44,764 nucleotides of DNA from Macrostomum lignano (taxonomy: Eukaryota): contig NIVC01003104.1 in the NCBI GenBank assembly GCA_002269645.1, forward strand, positions 1-44,764, written 5' to 3'. A program made the translations under genes and the position numbers. Positions 1-10,779 of the stretch are shown here, piece after piece (within the stretch, counting starts at the first letter, position 1; each line of letters begins with the position of its first letter). A model generated the notes under the pieces. It did not search any database. It was not told where the DNA came from and worked only from the letters and a program-made list of their open reading frames with translations.

Positions 1-2
1 CT

Positions 3-930
3 TTGTCCGGCTCTGCTTTCAACGGAAAGTGCAGCGTCGCTCTGCTGAATCTTCCAATGAATGACGGCAGCACATCACTGTGGATCGCCGCCCAGAATGG
101 TCACGTCAAGGTCGTTGACGAGCTCATTCGAGCTGGGGCGGACATTGAACTTGCAGACTGCACCGATGCTTCCCCTCGACGGCGGCAGATCACGGACACG
201 TCAGCACCGTGTTGCGTCTACTCAGGGCTGGTGCCACTGTTGATCGCTGCGATAACATGGCAGTTCGCCATTACACGCTGCAGTGTCTAATGGACATCTG
301 AAGGTCACGCGTCTGCTGCTGAAGTACAGAGCTAAAGTGGACGTGCTCAGCACGATTGGCAACAGTCCACTGACATCCGCTTCACTCGAAGGTCACGCTG
401 AGTGTGTTCGTGAGCTGCTAAAGTTTGGAGCGAATGTGAATCAGTCTGGGTTCGAGGGCTGCTCGGCACTCTATTTCGCCTCCGAGGGTGGCCACACTCG
501 CGTAGTCGAGTTGCTTCTGAAGGCTGGAGCCCGAACTGACGACTGCAACTGCTTCGGTTGCAGCCCATTGTGGATCGCCTCGCGCGAGGTCACTTGCGGT
601 GGCGTTGCAGCTGCTCAAAGCCGGCGCGAATTTCAACATAGTCGGCGAAGGCCATCTGACTCCACTAGGCATAGCGGTGCGGTCCGGAAATATTGGCGTG
701 ATTGGCGCCCTGATTGAAGCCGGATCGGATCTGAACCGCGTCAGCGCATCCGTACCAGCTCGCTTGTGTTAGCTATCGACATGCGTCAGGAAGAAGCCGC
801 AATCAATCTGCTGGATGCCGGAGTTAACGTTGATGTCCTGGACCCTGTGGGCATGTCACCACTGTGGCTTGCTGCTCAAAACGGGTGCATTCGAGTTCTG
901 AACTATCTTCGATCGTGCAGAAATCCACGC
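3..930 (+). CDS. Ankyrin-repeat N-terminal region of an ANK-cGLR gene (5' end outside window; frameshifted as assembled)
   Basis: Successive ankyrin motifs read across frame switches: GSTSLWIAAQNGHVKVVDELIRAGAD, TAADHGHVSTVLRLLRAGA, GSSPLHAAVSNGHLKVTRLLLKYRA, GNSPLTSASLEGHAECVRELLKFGA, GCSALYFASEGGHTRVVELLLKAGA, HLTPLGIAVRSGNIGVIGALIEAGS, GMSPLWLAAQNGCIRVL. Single-base deletions are needed near 176, 258, 588, 593 and 752. Confidence 0.9.
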
Positions 931-1613
931 CGTAGGACGCGACAACATTGGAACAGGATGCTCCTCGACGAGTTGAAGTGCTTCGCTTTTGCGTGCTACA
1001 GGGGCCAGATTGAGGTTCTCGCTTCCCTGTCTGAGTCGCAATTGTTGCACTCAAGCGACCTAAACGACTTGTCAGGCCTAACTGGTTCTGAAGTTTTCGT
1101 TGAAGAGTTCAAAAGATTTATAGCAATGAAAAGAAGCATCCTGCCGCCAGTTCATCGGTGAGTTACCGAAATCTCAGAACCAGGAAAAGAGGGGAACAGC
1201 AGTCGGTAAACGCGTCCGACGCAAGGACCACTGTATATAGCTATATACAGTTGTCCTTGATCCGACGCTCGCTCACAGACACGTGGTTTGATCCCGTGTG
1301 TGGCCACATTTATTTACGGCTTGTGTGCACGAAAATTGACCAATGGAGTTGTCCTGCGATTCACACCCTGACATGTGAAAGTCAGGGTGTACATGCCTGA
1401 CAATCAGAAACTCAAAGGGCTGCTGTACACCCTGTGTGAGCGTGTGTATGAGTGCGTGCCTGCGTACAGTATGTGCTCAGGAATCAGCGGACTGGGTAGA
1501 ATTGCCTCGCCACTTGTTGCAGGACGATATCACCGTAGGCGTTGCGCCAGGGTGTCTGCTGCCCTCCGAATACTTATACGATTTACACGGAACAGGAAGG
1601 GCCTGTTTAATAG
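931..1613 (+). CDS. Linker region of the ANK-cGLR gene, broken by further frameshifts
   Basis: Coding-like segments hand over between frames (766-1161, 1158-1400, 1375-~1600, e.g. LKGLLYTLCERVYEC..GLGRIASPLVAG). They lie between the ankyrins and the NTase core with no obvious intron. Confidence 0.55.
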
Positions 1614-2022
1614 AAAGGAAGCAAAGCCAAATTTAGACACATTTATGCAATCAAGTTTCAAACAATTCTCCAGATTGGAAAGCACAGTCCAACACAGCCT
1701 CCGGCTGCATCAGTCACTTCTGCTCTCGGCTTCAGTCGGGAGAACTCCGTTCTGCAAAGCGGCGCCGCTGCGGTACTGCAAAAGATTATCAGAAGCAAGA
1801 ACCAGGCCGGCTACTTTGTCGTTGGCAGCTACGCAGACGGTTGGGGCAACTGCTTGTCAAGGCTGGACGGACGAATCGAGGTCGGCTCGGACATTGACCT
1901 CACGTGCATCGAAGCGATGCCGCCGTTTCATCTGATTGGCTGCACACCGATTGGAATGTGCTCAAAGACCGACTGTGTCCCAGTGCAGTATTCGGATGGC
2001 CACATCGATTATAAAGTGCATG
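1614..2022 (+). CDS. Mab-21/cGAS-like nucleotidyltransferase, N-lobe exon
   Basis: The open frame gives ...GYFVVGSYADGWGNCLSRLDGRIEVGSDIDLTCI..., a polymerase-beta-family G-S...D-x-D signature (GS 1824-1829; Asp codons 1890 and 1896). It ends at donor G|GTAGGT (2022|2023). Confidence 0.8.
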
Positions 2023-2670
2023 GTAGGTTGTTATACATTCCACTTGGTGTCGAAAAAATAATTAATAAAGCTAGCATGGAGGCTGAGAGAATACTTTAGC
2101 AACAGAAGGGTCAGTGTAGAGTCAGTGAGGAAGGCCGAAGCCCACAACAGTTTATTTTTATTAGAAACAAGTGGAACTCCTCCTTCGGAGGAGAAAGGTG
2201 AAGAACTCAAATAAAAGAAATGGAGGGGCTGGAGTGGGAACGAGAGGCTAAAGAGGGACGAAGTGAGGACCAATCAGAGTGAAGAAAGGGTGAGAGAGAG
2301 AAGGCTAGACTGAATTGCACGAGAGAGTACACAACGAAGAGTACATGGTGTACTGAAGGAGAGCAGAAGTCGCTACATTTGGATCTTATCATATTTTATG
2401 GCAAATTAATTCACCCCGTGAAGATGCAGTCATGTGAGAGCAGAAAAGATCGAAGAAAAAATATGCCTGACTCGTTAAAATTGTATGAAACTGCCTCATT
2501 GTATTTCCATCGCACCTCGGATTCAGACAGGCGCAAGCAGCCCATTCAGCTAACCGCAGCCAAACTCTCCGCTTAACCTTTAAAATTTCAAGAAGCATAT
2601 TCTACATTCTACTACTCGTATCTGCGTCGTATAAATAAAATAAATGAAATGTTCGTAGAAAGTTTATAAG

Positions 2671-2843
2671 CACCTTGGCGTAACGCCTTCAACGACATCA
2701 ACCAGGGATGAGGCGATTCTGCCCATTCCGATGACTCCTGAGCACATACGAGCTCGCCAATACTGTACGCAGGCACGAACTCATACACAAGCTCACATAG
2801 GGTGTACAGCGGCCCTGAATTTCTAATCTTTAGTCATGTACAC
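2671..2843 (-). repeat. Inverted, diverged copy of cGLR coding segment 1387-1554
   Basis: Reverse complement reads gtgtacatgactaaagattagaaattcagggccgctgtacaccctatgtgagcttgtgtatgagttcgtgcctgcgtacagt..., versus gtgtacatgcctgacaatcagaaactcaaagggctgctgtacaccctgtgtgagcgtgtgtatgagtgcgtgcctgcgtacagt at 1387-1470. Confidence 0.85.
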
Positions 2844-3007
2844 TCTCTGTGCCTTGGTGGTTGACCCTCACGAGTTTGAATCGCAAGACCTCCCAGGCCA
2901 ATCACTATTTGTTCACAAGCCCCAAACTAATGTGACCGCCCACGGAATCGAACCAGGGGTCGTGACGCAAGAGTTGGACGCGTTTACCGCTGATCTGCTC
3001 TGCCCCC
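2839..3007 (-). mobile_element. tRNA-derived SINE-like element in the cGLR intron
   Basis: Minus strand has a tRNA-like head with an A-box-like AGCAGATCAGCGG and B-box GGTTCGATTCC (2944-2954). The 3' tail AAGGCACAGAGAGTGTA recurs exactly at 5183-5199. Confidence 0.6.
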
Positions 3008-3078
3008 ATATCTATATACATGTATATGCATGAGAAACCGAATTTAATCTATGCAGAAAAAACCTGTACAAATTGCAG

Positions 3079-4497
3079 TGTCAAGTCCCAGCGTGCCAGA
3101 GGCTGGAACCATACTGAAGCCTGCGGTGGATCACGTCAAAGCTTATCCCTGCTGTTCCTATCCACCCATCTGGCTGCTCCAGACCAGTCACGTGTCGCAA
3201 ATACGACCTAGCGTGCTGCAAGCTCTCCGAGACGAAGTACAGTTGGCTTGGTGCCACGTGGTCGCGGCAGCTCCTCCCGAGTTGACGGGCGACCGGATGC
3301 GGGTCAGTACGAATCTGTTGGAACGCAGGCTGATGCAGAGCCTAACGAGTCTGCAGGGCCAGGTCTTTGTCGTTTTGAAATATCTGATTAAAAAAGTCAT
3401 TGGACGACGCGTCAAGGGATTAAAGAGCTACCACGCCAAGAACCTGCTGTTCTACATGCTGGACAAGACGCCCGAGGAAGAGTGGCAGAGGCCGGAGAAC
3501 CTCATCAGCCTTGTTGAGGAGTCGCTATCGATTTTAGTCAGACAGCTCCACGAACCATCGGCAAGTTCGATGGAGTGCATGCGCCACTTCTTCCTTCAGG
3601 ACGCGGCGATCTATTTGCACAAAGGTCACGACGAAAAGTCTACCATAGCTCGGGAAGTCCGCTTAGTGATCGAGAACTTGCCGAGTCTGCTAGAGGAGTT
3701 CGAGCTCGGTTTAATCCCAACTGAGCTTGGCAGTATCGAGTTTCATCCATTTCTGTTTCTTCCCGAAGTTCAGATGCCCAAAAAGCGAAATTCCTGCTGC
3801 TGGTAAAATAAAGTTCTACCAAATTGACGATCTAGTTTACAGGGCATTGGTTCAACTGTTTGCTGAGTTCGATAAGAGAACTCAACTCGCCCAGTTAATG
3901 AGCAGCATCGATAGAATTCCTGACAGCGCGAAGACAACCAGAGAGTGCTTGAAGGCTCTGGCCAGTCTCAAAGTTGGCAACCGTTTGGACGCTTCTCAGT
4001 TGACCAGCACAGTCAGCAGAAAAGTTGCTGGCCACTTGAAAGCAGAATCTGAAGAAGTATCTCCGGCATCTGTCGAAGAGGCTGAACAGTTCGTCTGGAA
4101 GCAGATGAAGCGGACTGACTCCGCGTGGAAGTTCAGCTTCAGCTTCAAGCAAACCGATGTCAATCCGGTGTTCAACTTCCTGCCAAACCACATCCGGGAA
4201 GCGTTTCCATCTCGCCTGGTTAACTACGACGATTGCTACTACATGAACTTCGACGCATTGATGAAGGCTATTCAGCTGGAGTATTCAAACCGCTGGAATG
4301 CCGCGGATCTGTTTGCCAGCGCTGCGGATGGCGATTCAGATCCTCAGGAGCTGCTGATGCTGCTGCATTACTACCGACCTGGACAGGATGATCAACTGCT
4401 GGTGCAGGCTGTGCACAGGAATCGAGACTTGATCACCGAGTCCATGCTGAATTCAACTGTTGTAAACTTCATTGAAGCCAGGGTGAGCTCAAACTGA
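3079..4497 (+). CDS. Mab-21/cGAS-like nucleotidyltransferase C-lobe plus helical C-terminal extension (one +1 frameshift near 3780)
   Basis: Acceptor ttgcag|TG at 3078|3079 is phase-compatible with the 2022 donor. Motifs: VDHVKAY (third acidic residue, 3129), RVSTNLLERRLMQSL, LKYLIKK, GLKSYHAKNLLFYMLD..W (matches the cGAS/Mab-21 SYHxKT motif), HFFL. ORF 3051-3806 joins ORF 3727-4497 if one A is removed from AAAAA at 3780-3784. Confidence 0.85.
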
Positions 4498-4609
4498 TTC
4501 TCAGATAGGAGACACTCGAGGGGGTTAATTGTCAAGGTTGTGCTTCTCAAAATTTGGTAATCACCAGGCAGAAGATTTTCAACCCAGTAACAGTTTGGTG
4601 CCATCCGTC

Positions 4610-4750
4610 GCCACTAGTTGGGCGCCATCCGTCGCCACTTGTTGGGCGCCACCCGTCACCATTTTTTGGCGCCACGCGTCAGCAATAGTTGGGCACCACG
4701 CGTAACCACTAGTTGGGCGCCACCCGTCACCACTAGTTGGGCGCCACCGT
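4610..4750. repeat. Short imperfect ~24-bp tandem repeat (GTTGGGCGCCACCCGTCACCACTA)
   Basis: About 6 degenerate copies visible. Confidence 0.8.
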
Positions 4751-5431
4751 CACAAAATTATAAAATCACATGTATCGCATCCTTGACACGGCAACCCTTG
4801 TACGGATTTCAGCCGCAGCTTCACGCGCTGTCGATCAGATCAGCAATGGATTCGCTGGCCAAGCATCTCCGGGATTCACCTCCAATGCCCAGCACAATTC
4901 AAGGGCAGGAGGAGTTCAAACAGCCATGCCGTAGTGCTAAACGAAAACGAAGTGCAAAATATTACCAGGAATTGAAACACGTCAAATTAACAAAGAGATC
5001 GAAGTGAAGTACATTTTGCATCTATTCGTTGGTATTTTCAATAAGCACAGTAGAATTTCATTTCAAATGTCCGCATCATACTACTGATGTCCTTAATAAA
5101 TATAAGAAATGACACGTATGCTTTTCCTCATGGTAGCATACCATGTATTTCGCGTGTCTTGGACACCTGAAGGTCAACCGCGAAGGCACAGAGAGTGTAG
5201 AGTGAATGGTCTATTCAACAGTTAAAGCCAAGCAAGGAGAACGTGAATTTCAAGAGCGTATGAAAAATCGATTTTGCTGTATATTTTTGAGTTTATAAGC
5301 GGTAACTAAAAGTATCCGCTATTCAAATATTCTCCGTAAATTCTACGTGAAAGCTTTAGTGGAGGCATTGAAACTTTTAGCTTTCGGGTCAATAGCTTCT
5401 GCCGCTTTTAAATAGTTCAGCAAAGCACTCG

Positions 5432-6245
5432 CGTGAACTCACCCATGAACTCACCCATGAACTCGAACTCACCCATGAACTCACCCATGAACTCACCCAT
5501 GAACTCACCCATGAACTCACCCCTGCACTCACTCATGAACTCACCCATGAACTCACTCATGAACTCACCCCTGCACTCACTCATGAACTCACCCATGAAC
5601 TCACTCATGAACTCACCCATGAACTCACCCATGAACTTACCCATGAACTCACTCATGAACTCACTCATGAACTCACCCATGAACTCACTCATGAACTCAC
5701 CCATGAACTCACTCATGAACTCACCCATGAACTCACTCATGAACTCACCCATGAACTCACCCATGAACTTACCCATGAACTCACCCATGAACTCACTCAT
5801 GAACTCACTCATGAACTCACCCATGAACTCACCCATGAACTTACCCCTGACCTCACCATGAACTCACGCATGAACTCACTCATGAACTCACCCATGAACT
5901 CACTCATGAACTCACCCATGAACTCACCCATGAACTCACCCATGAACTTACCCATGAACTCACCCATGAACTCACTCATGAACTCACTCATGAACTCACC
6001 CATGAACTCACCCATGAACTTACCCATGAACTCACTCATGAACTCACTCACAAACTACCCTTGAACTCACCCATGAACTCACCCATGAACTTACCCATGA
6101 ACTCACTCATGAACTCACTCATGAACTCACCCATGAACTCACCCATGAACTTACCCATGAACTCACTCATGAACTCACTCACAAACTACCCTTGAACTCA
6201 CACATAACCTCACTCATGAACTCACCCGTAAACTCACTCATGAGC
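5432..6245. repeat. 12-bp minisatellite (ATGAACTCACCC / ATGAACTCACTC)
   Basis: Direct tandem array; it explains the MNSP/MGEF ORFs. Confidence 0.95.
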
Positions 6246-6757
6246 TCAAAACTTGCTCACTAATGACTTCCAATATTATGAACTAGAACCCAACATTAGT
6301 TTGTCTATTTAGTAGCAAAAGAATTACACTCTACATTATGTATATTATTACGTTTTCATTTTGTTTACAGTAGACTCCAGAACTAGGCAGAAAATCCGGC
6401 AGTCTGTTATGCGAGCGTAAGGAAAGTTTCTCTAATTTTCGCAACAATCTAATCTAAGAAGCAAAGCAACACATCAAAGTTATTGTTCGCAGCAGAATTA
6501 AGAAAAAAAAATTGGAAAACCCCAAATTCAACAGTTTTAAATTCCAAGCAGAAGATTCCTAGAAAAATTCAATCGATACAGCTTCCGGAAAAATAGTTTG
6601 AACGAAAGCAAATTAAACGAGAAGATCAGATTGTTGAGCAGTAAAACAAAAATTTAGAAAGAGAAAACGGCGAAAAAGCGAAGCAATCCAATTTCATTTT
6701 CAGACTTGTTCTTTAACTTGTTCTCTTCCCGTCAACTGAGGTCATCCGGCAGCGGCG

Positions 6758-7090
6758 TCAATTAGCTGTCAACGACCTGACGTAGTTTCCGTAGGTTGGA
6801 TAGGAGTGCTGACACACTGGCAGGTTGCGCGTAGTTTCGCCGTAGGTGTGACCGAAGTTGAACCTGCGCCTTGGCACGTAGCCAGTGTAGGCCGGCTTCA
6901 TGCCCTCCTGCTGGTACACCCGGTTGCCGTCGAGGGCGACCGGCTCGCGGCCGCACGCCGGCCTGGCTGTTGCAACCCTGGCGCTACCGGATTTGGTCTC
7001 CGAATTGAACATCTCCAAGCCGTTGCGCGTCATCTCGTGATAGCGGCAGCCCAGGCCGGCTTGGGTTGTGTACACTCGGGGAACGTAGCC
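6758..7090 (-). CDS. FAM166B: FAM166/CIMIP2-family ciliary microtubule inner protein, exon 2
   Basis: Acceptor ccttacag|GGC at 7091|7090. Translation GYVPRVYTTQAGLGCRYHEM...GMKPAYTGYVPRRRFNFGHTYGETT; stop TGA at 6758-6760. Confidence 0.85.
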   Translation of the reverse strand, partial: GYVPRVYTTQAGLGCRYHEMTRNGLEMFNSETKSGSARVATARPACGREPVALDGNRVYQQEGMKPAYTGYVPRRRFNFGHTYGETTRNLPVCQHSYPTYGNYVRSLTAN

Positions 7091-7194
7091 CTGTAAGGTT
7101 TAGGCATCGACAGTAAAACTATAAGATGTTTTTATAGTGCTAAAAATTTGAAAAGTCCCTTCATATTGGGGCGACTCTGTAAACACAGGGCCGG

Positions 7195-7910
7195 GGTGTC
7201 TTTGGTGAACACTTAGTTATCCCTTTGGAAATTGGTGTCTTAATGAAGATTGATGCGTCTGTGAAGATTGCGGTGGGTAGATTATGGAAGATTTGGTGAA
7301 GTTTCTCTGGTAAAGTTTGGGTGTCTCTATAAAAACTGGTGTGCTTCTGGTGAAGATTGAGTGTCTCTGGTGAAGATTAGGATGTCTGGTGAAGATTAGG
7401 ATGTCTGGGTGAAGATTGGGACGTCTCTGGTGAAGATCAAGTGTCTCTGGTGAAGATTGGGATGTCTGGTGAAGATTGGGATGTCTCTGATAAAGATCAG
7501 GTGTCTCTGGTGAAGATTGGGTTGTCTCTGGTGAGGATTGGGTTGTCTCTGGTGTGAAGATTGGGTTGTCTCTGGTGAAGATTGGGATGTCTCTGGTAAA
7601 GAGCAGGTGTCTCTGGTGAAGATTGGGTGTCTCTGGTGAGGATTGGGTTGTCTCTGGTGTGAAGATTGGGTTGTCTCTGGTGAAGATTGGGATGTCTCTG
7701 GTAAAGAGCAGGTGTCTCTGGTGAAGATTGGGTGTCTCTGGTAAGGATTGGGTTGTCTCTGGTGTGAAGATTGGGTTGTCTCTGGTGAAGATTGGGATGT
7801 CTCTGGTAAATATCAGGTGTCTCTGGTGACGATTGAGTGTCTCTGGTGAGGATTGGGTTGTCTCTGGTGTGAAGATTGGGTTGTCTCTGGTGAAGACTGA
7901 GTGTCACTGT
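7195..7910. repeat. ~21-bp minisatellite with 105-bp higher-order period in the FAM166 intron
   Basis: GTGAAGATTGGG..TCTCTG units; the marker GAGCAGG recurs at 7601 and 7706. Confidence 0.9.
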
Positions 7911-8114
7911 AAAGATTTTAATTGGTTTCTGTAAGAATACTGATCGAGATGCCTCTTTTATCGTTTGGATTTCCACTGAAGAGATTGCGAATCGTTGTAG
8001 AGAGATAAGTGCTTCTACGTAGATAAGAGTGCCTCAACAGAGATAAATCTGAGTAAACGGGAATCGAATCATTACTCGCAAAGCATCACAGCAGGTGTCC
8101 GAAATCAGTTTCAC

Positions 8115-8705
8115 CTGGTATCCTGGAATTGGCGGCTCCAGATTCTGCCGTTTTCCATCGGCCCTGGGCTTCCTATCGGCCCAGAAGTTCAGGTGGTCCC
8201 TGACCGCCGGATCGCCTCGCAGCGACGCCAGCTGAGGAAAAGCGGTTGAGGCGCGCTTCAAATCGGTCGCTTTGTCCTCCCGGTGCTCGTAGTTGCGCAC
8301 GAATTCGTCCACGGACTCGTCGCACAGATTGCGATAGGTGCCCCCGAATCGATTGATCAGAGTTGGCACGTAGCCAGTGTAGCCGGGCAGCATGCCGTCG
8401 ATGTACTTGTTGTCGCCAGTCGACTTGGGCAGCCGAAGTCCCTGAGCTTCGGCTACTCCGCCTTGCTGGCAGGCGGCGGAGGCACCGCCTTTGCGAGCGT
8501 CCAGAGCGGCCCCGATGTCGACCATGCGCTTGTGAGGAAACGATTTGGACAGCTCGGCGGTCTGCTCGCCGTAGGTCTTGCCGGAGTTGAACTTCAACTG
8601 GGGATTGAAGCCAGCGTAGCCGGGGATGTGGGAGCCAGGGCGAAGGTTGACGAAGGCCCTGCGCTGCTCGATGGTTGGACCGCCACCGTACTGCACCGTG
8701 GTCAT
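8115..8705 (-). CDS. FAM166B: FAM166/CIMIP2-family ciliary microtubule inner protein, exon 1 (307 aa spliced)
   Basis: ATG at 8705 (MTTVQYGGG). Repeated PGYxG motifs HIPGYAGFNPQLKFNSGKTYG, MLPGYTGYVP, PIPGYQ|GYVP. Donor CAG|GTGAAA at 8115|8114 is phase 0 and joins exon 2 to complete PGYQGYVP. Confidence 0.85.
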
Positions 8706-10779
8706 GCTGGACTGGCTTAAGCTTCTCTGGCAGCTGGCTATTGACGAAGAAAACAAACGCTTCTTCGGAAAAAAACTATGCCGTTAGTTAACTTTCAACG
8801 GTCTTCTGTGTTTTATCCTAACAAATTGAACCGGTGCAAAGCCCGGCATTTCGGTGAGTTTAAAATGCGACACACCAACCCCCCCTCATCTCCAACAGGC
8901 GGCGGGCTAGAGGGCAAGGGGGGACACAGGCCGCTTCCAAGACGAAGGTTCCGGTCGCTAGGGGCAACCAACAGAGTAGAACGGTACGGCTTTTTTCGCG
9001 TTCAGAAGCTTTTGGCGTCGGTGTAGAGGGTTGAGTTTGGCTAAAACTGGTTGGTTTATTGGGGACTGGCTGGGCCTCGTTCTGTACTCCTCCGCCTCCT
9101 CCGCCTCCTCTCCATCTTTTGCCGTCGTCTCGGGTTTTAAGAAACTGAGAAGCTGGCAGACATATTGACTTGCTCAGTAAGAGATTAGGCAGAAACGGGC
9201 TCTGGGGTACGGGGAGGCTGAAATGGTAAGAGCAATGGAGGGCTGAGACAGACAGACAGACAGAAAGAAATACGATCGACCTTGTGGGGTGGTGGTTTAG
9301 GCAGTTTAGCTTCTTAAACTGTTTTCTCTAATAGCTCTCTATCTTCTCTATTTATCTCTCATCTACGCTCCCTCATTTGTGCAGGTGCAATTTCTACCTT
9401 CAAAAAACCATCTCAGTCGCTTAAAACACCGTTGCTCTAGGCACTATAGGACTATAGTTAATTGCATATCTCTTCGATATAGAGACCTAATGACAAGTGT
9501 GCTGCAGAGGGTGTGTGTGTGTGTACACATTTAATAGAGATAGCTCGCACTGCTTGACGTACTCCTCCAGTGTTCTCGCTTTTCTCACGCAGAATCTGCA
9601 CCGGTGGTGGCCTCCCTCTATCATCTATAGTTTTAAATTTTTAGTATATAGGAAGCAAGTTATAAGATTGAAGATTTTTGAAAAAAAAAGTTTTGAATTT
9701 TGATATAAAAGATCTGTCTGTGTGTTATGTATTAATGAAAATATGCTTTCTTTACTGGTAGTGCACGCCAAAAAGTGATATCTATAGGAAAATGGTAGTT
9801 GGGAAATTGATAAAATGCTATTAGGGATAGATACTGCTGATAATTAGCATAATTTCTAATATTTCACTAATATTAGCTGGTTAAGCTACTTCAAGTAGAG
9901 AAGTATGTAGCATTCCTGCGATCATAGCCGTAAAATACTATTTACTATATTTACTATTACTATTACTATTACTACTATTACTATTACTAATACTATTTAC
10001 TATATTAGTATTACTATAATACTAACACTCACTTAAGTAAAACAAAAATGTATTTGCGTTGAATTTGCAAGTTTGATAGAAAAGTCTGGCAATGAAGCGA
10101 TAAAAAACGATAGAAATATTTCCATTCTCGTTTAATGCACTTCCAAAGCGAACTGGGCCGTTTTCTAATAAATTCTTCTCATAAATCTAAAGTTTTAGCT
10201 CTAGTCTTAAGCCGATATTGTCGTTTAAAGAAAGCATTTGATCATCTTGAATAACTATCACCATTTCTAAAACTATTCTTAATCTCGAAGTAAGGGAGTT
10301 AAAAAAACATTTCTAAGAAAGCAACCGTCCAGTCATTTTTTGGTACATCTGGTTGTCCTTGGAAAGCTGTCTTGCAATAGTTCCATGCATAAACATAAGG
10401 TGGAATAACTAACGCAGAGTCAAATCGGAAGATAGCCAAGAAGCAGCGGAGCAGAAATTCAATTTACAATTTCATGGTAATGTCACAAAGAATTCGGGTA
10501 AAAGGCAGCATTTTAAATGACTTCTATAGGTTTAAACGAATACGCGTTTAATTAGCTAAACTAGAATGCTGTAGAATTTCGCCGTCTGTTTTCCGCCACT
10601 GATAATTGGCGCTCGTCGCGTAGCGTCCGGAGTTCGACTCCTACTGCGAACGGCGTGCCGCTTGGCAACTGAGAAAAATTGGCATAGAGGTTCGAGCATT
10701 AGTGCCATGAAACAACAAGTGGTAGAGTGTCCAATGATCTTTCTCTGTGCGCTCGTATAAATAGTATTTTTGCTGATTT

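Noticed and set aside
2944-3007. Possible genuine tRNA gene
   Set aside because: It has A/B boxes but no convincing acceptor-stem pairing, and it continues into a repeated non-tRNA tail, so SINE is more likely.
4618-5007. 129-aa ORF downstream of the cGLR gene
   Set aside because: The first third is a tandem repeat, there is no recognisable motif, and it starts at a non-ATG codon.
5417-6064. MNSP/MGEF ORFs on both strands
   Set aside because: Artefact of the 12-bp minisatellite.
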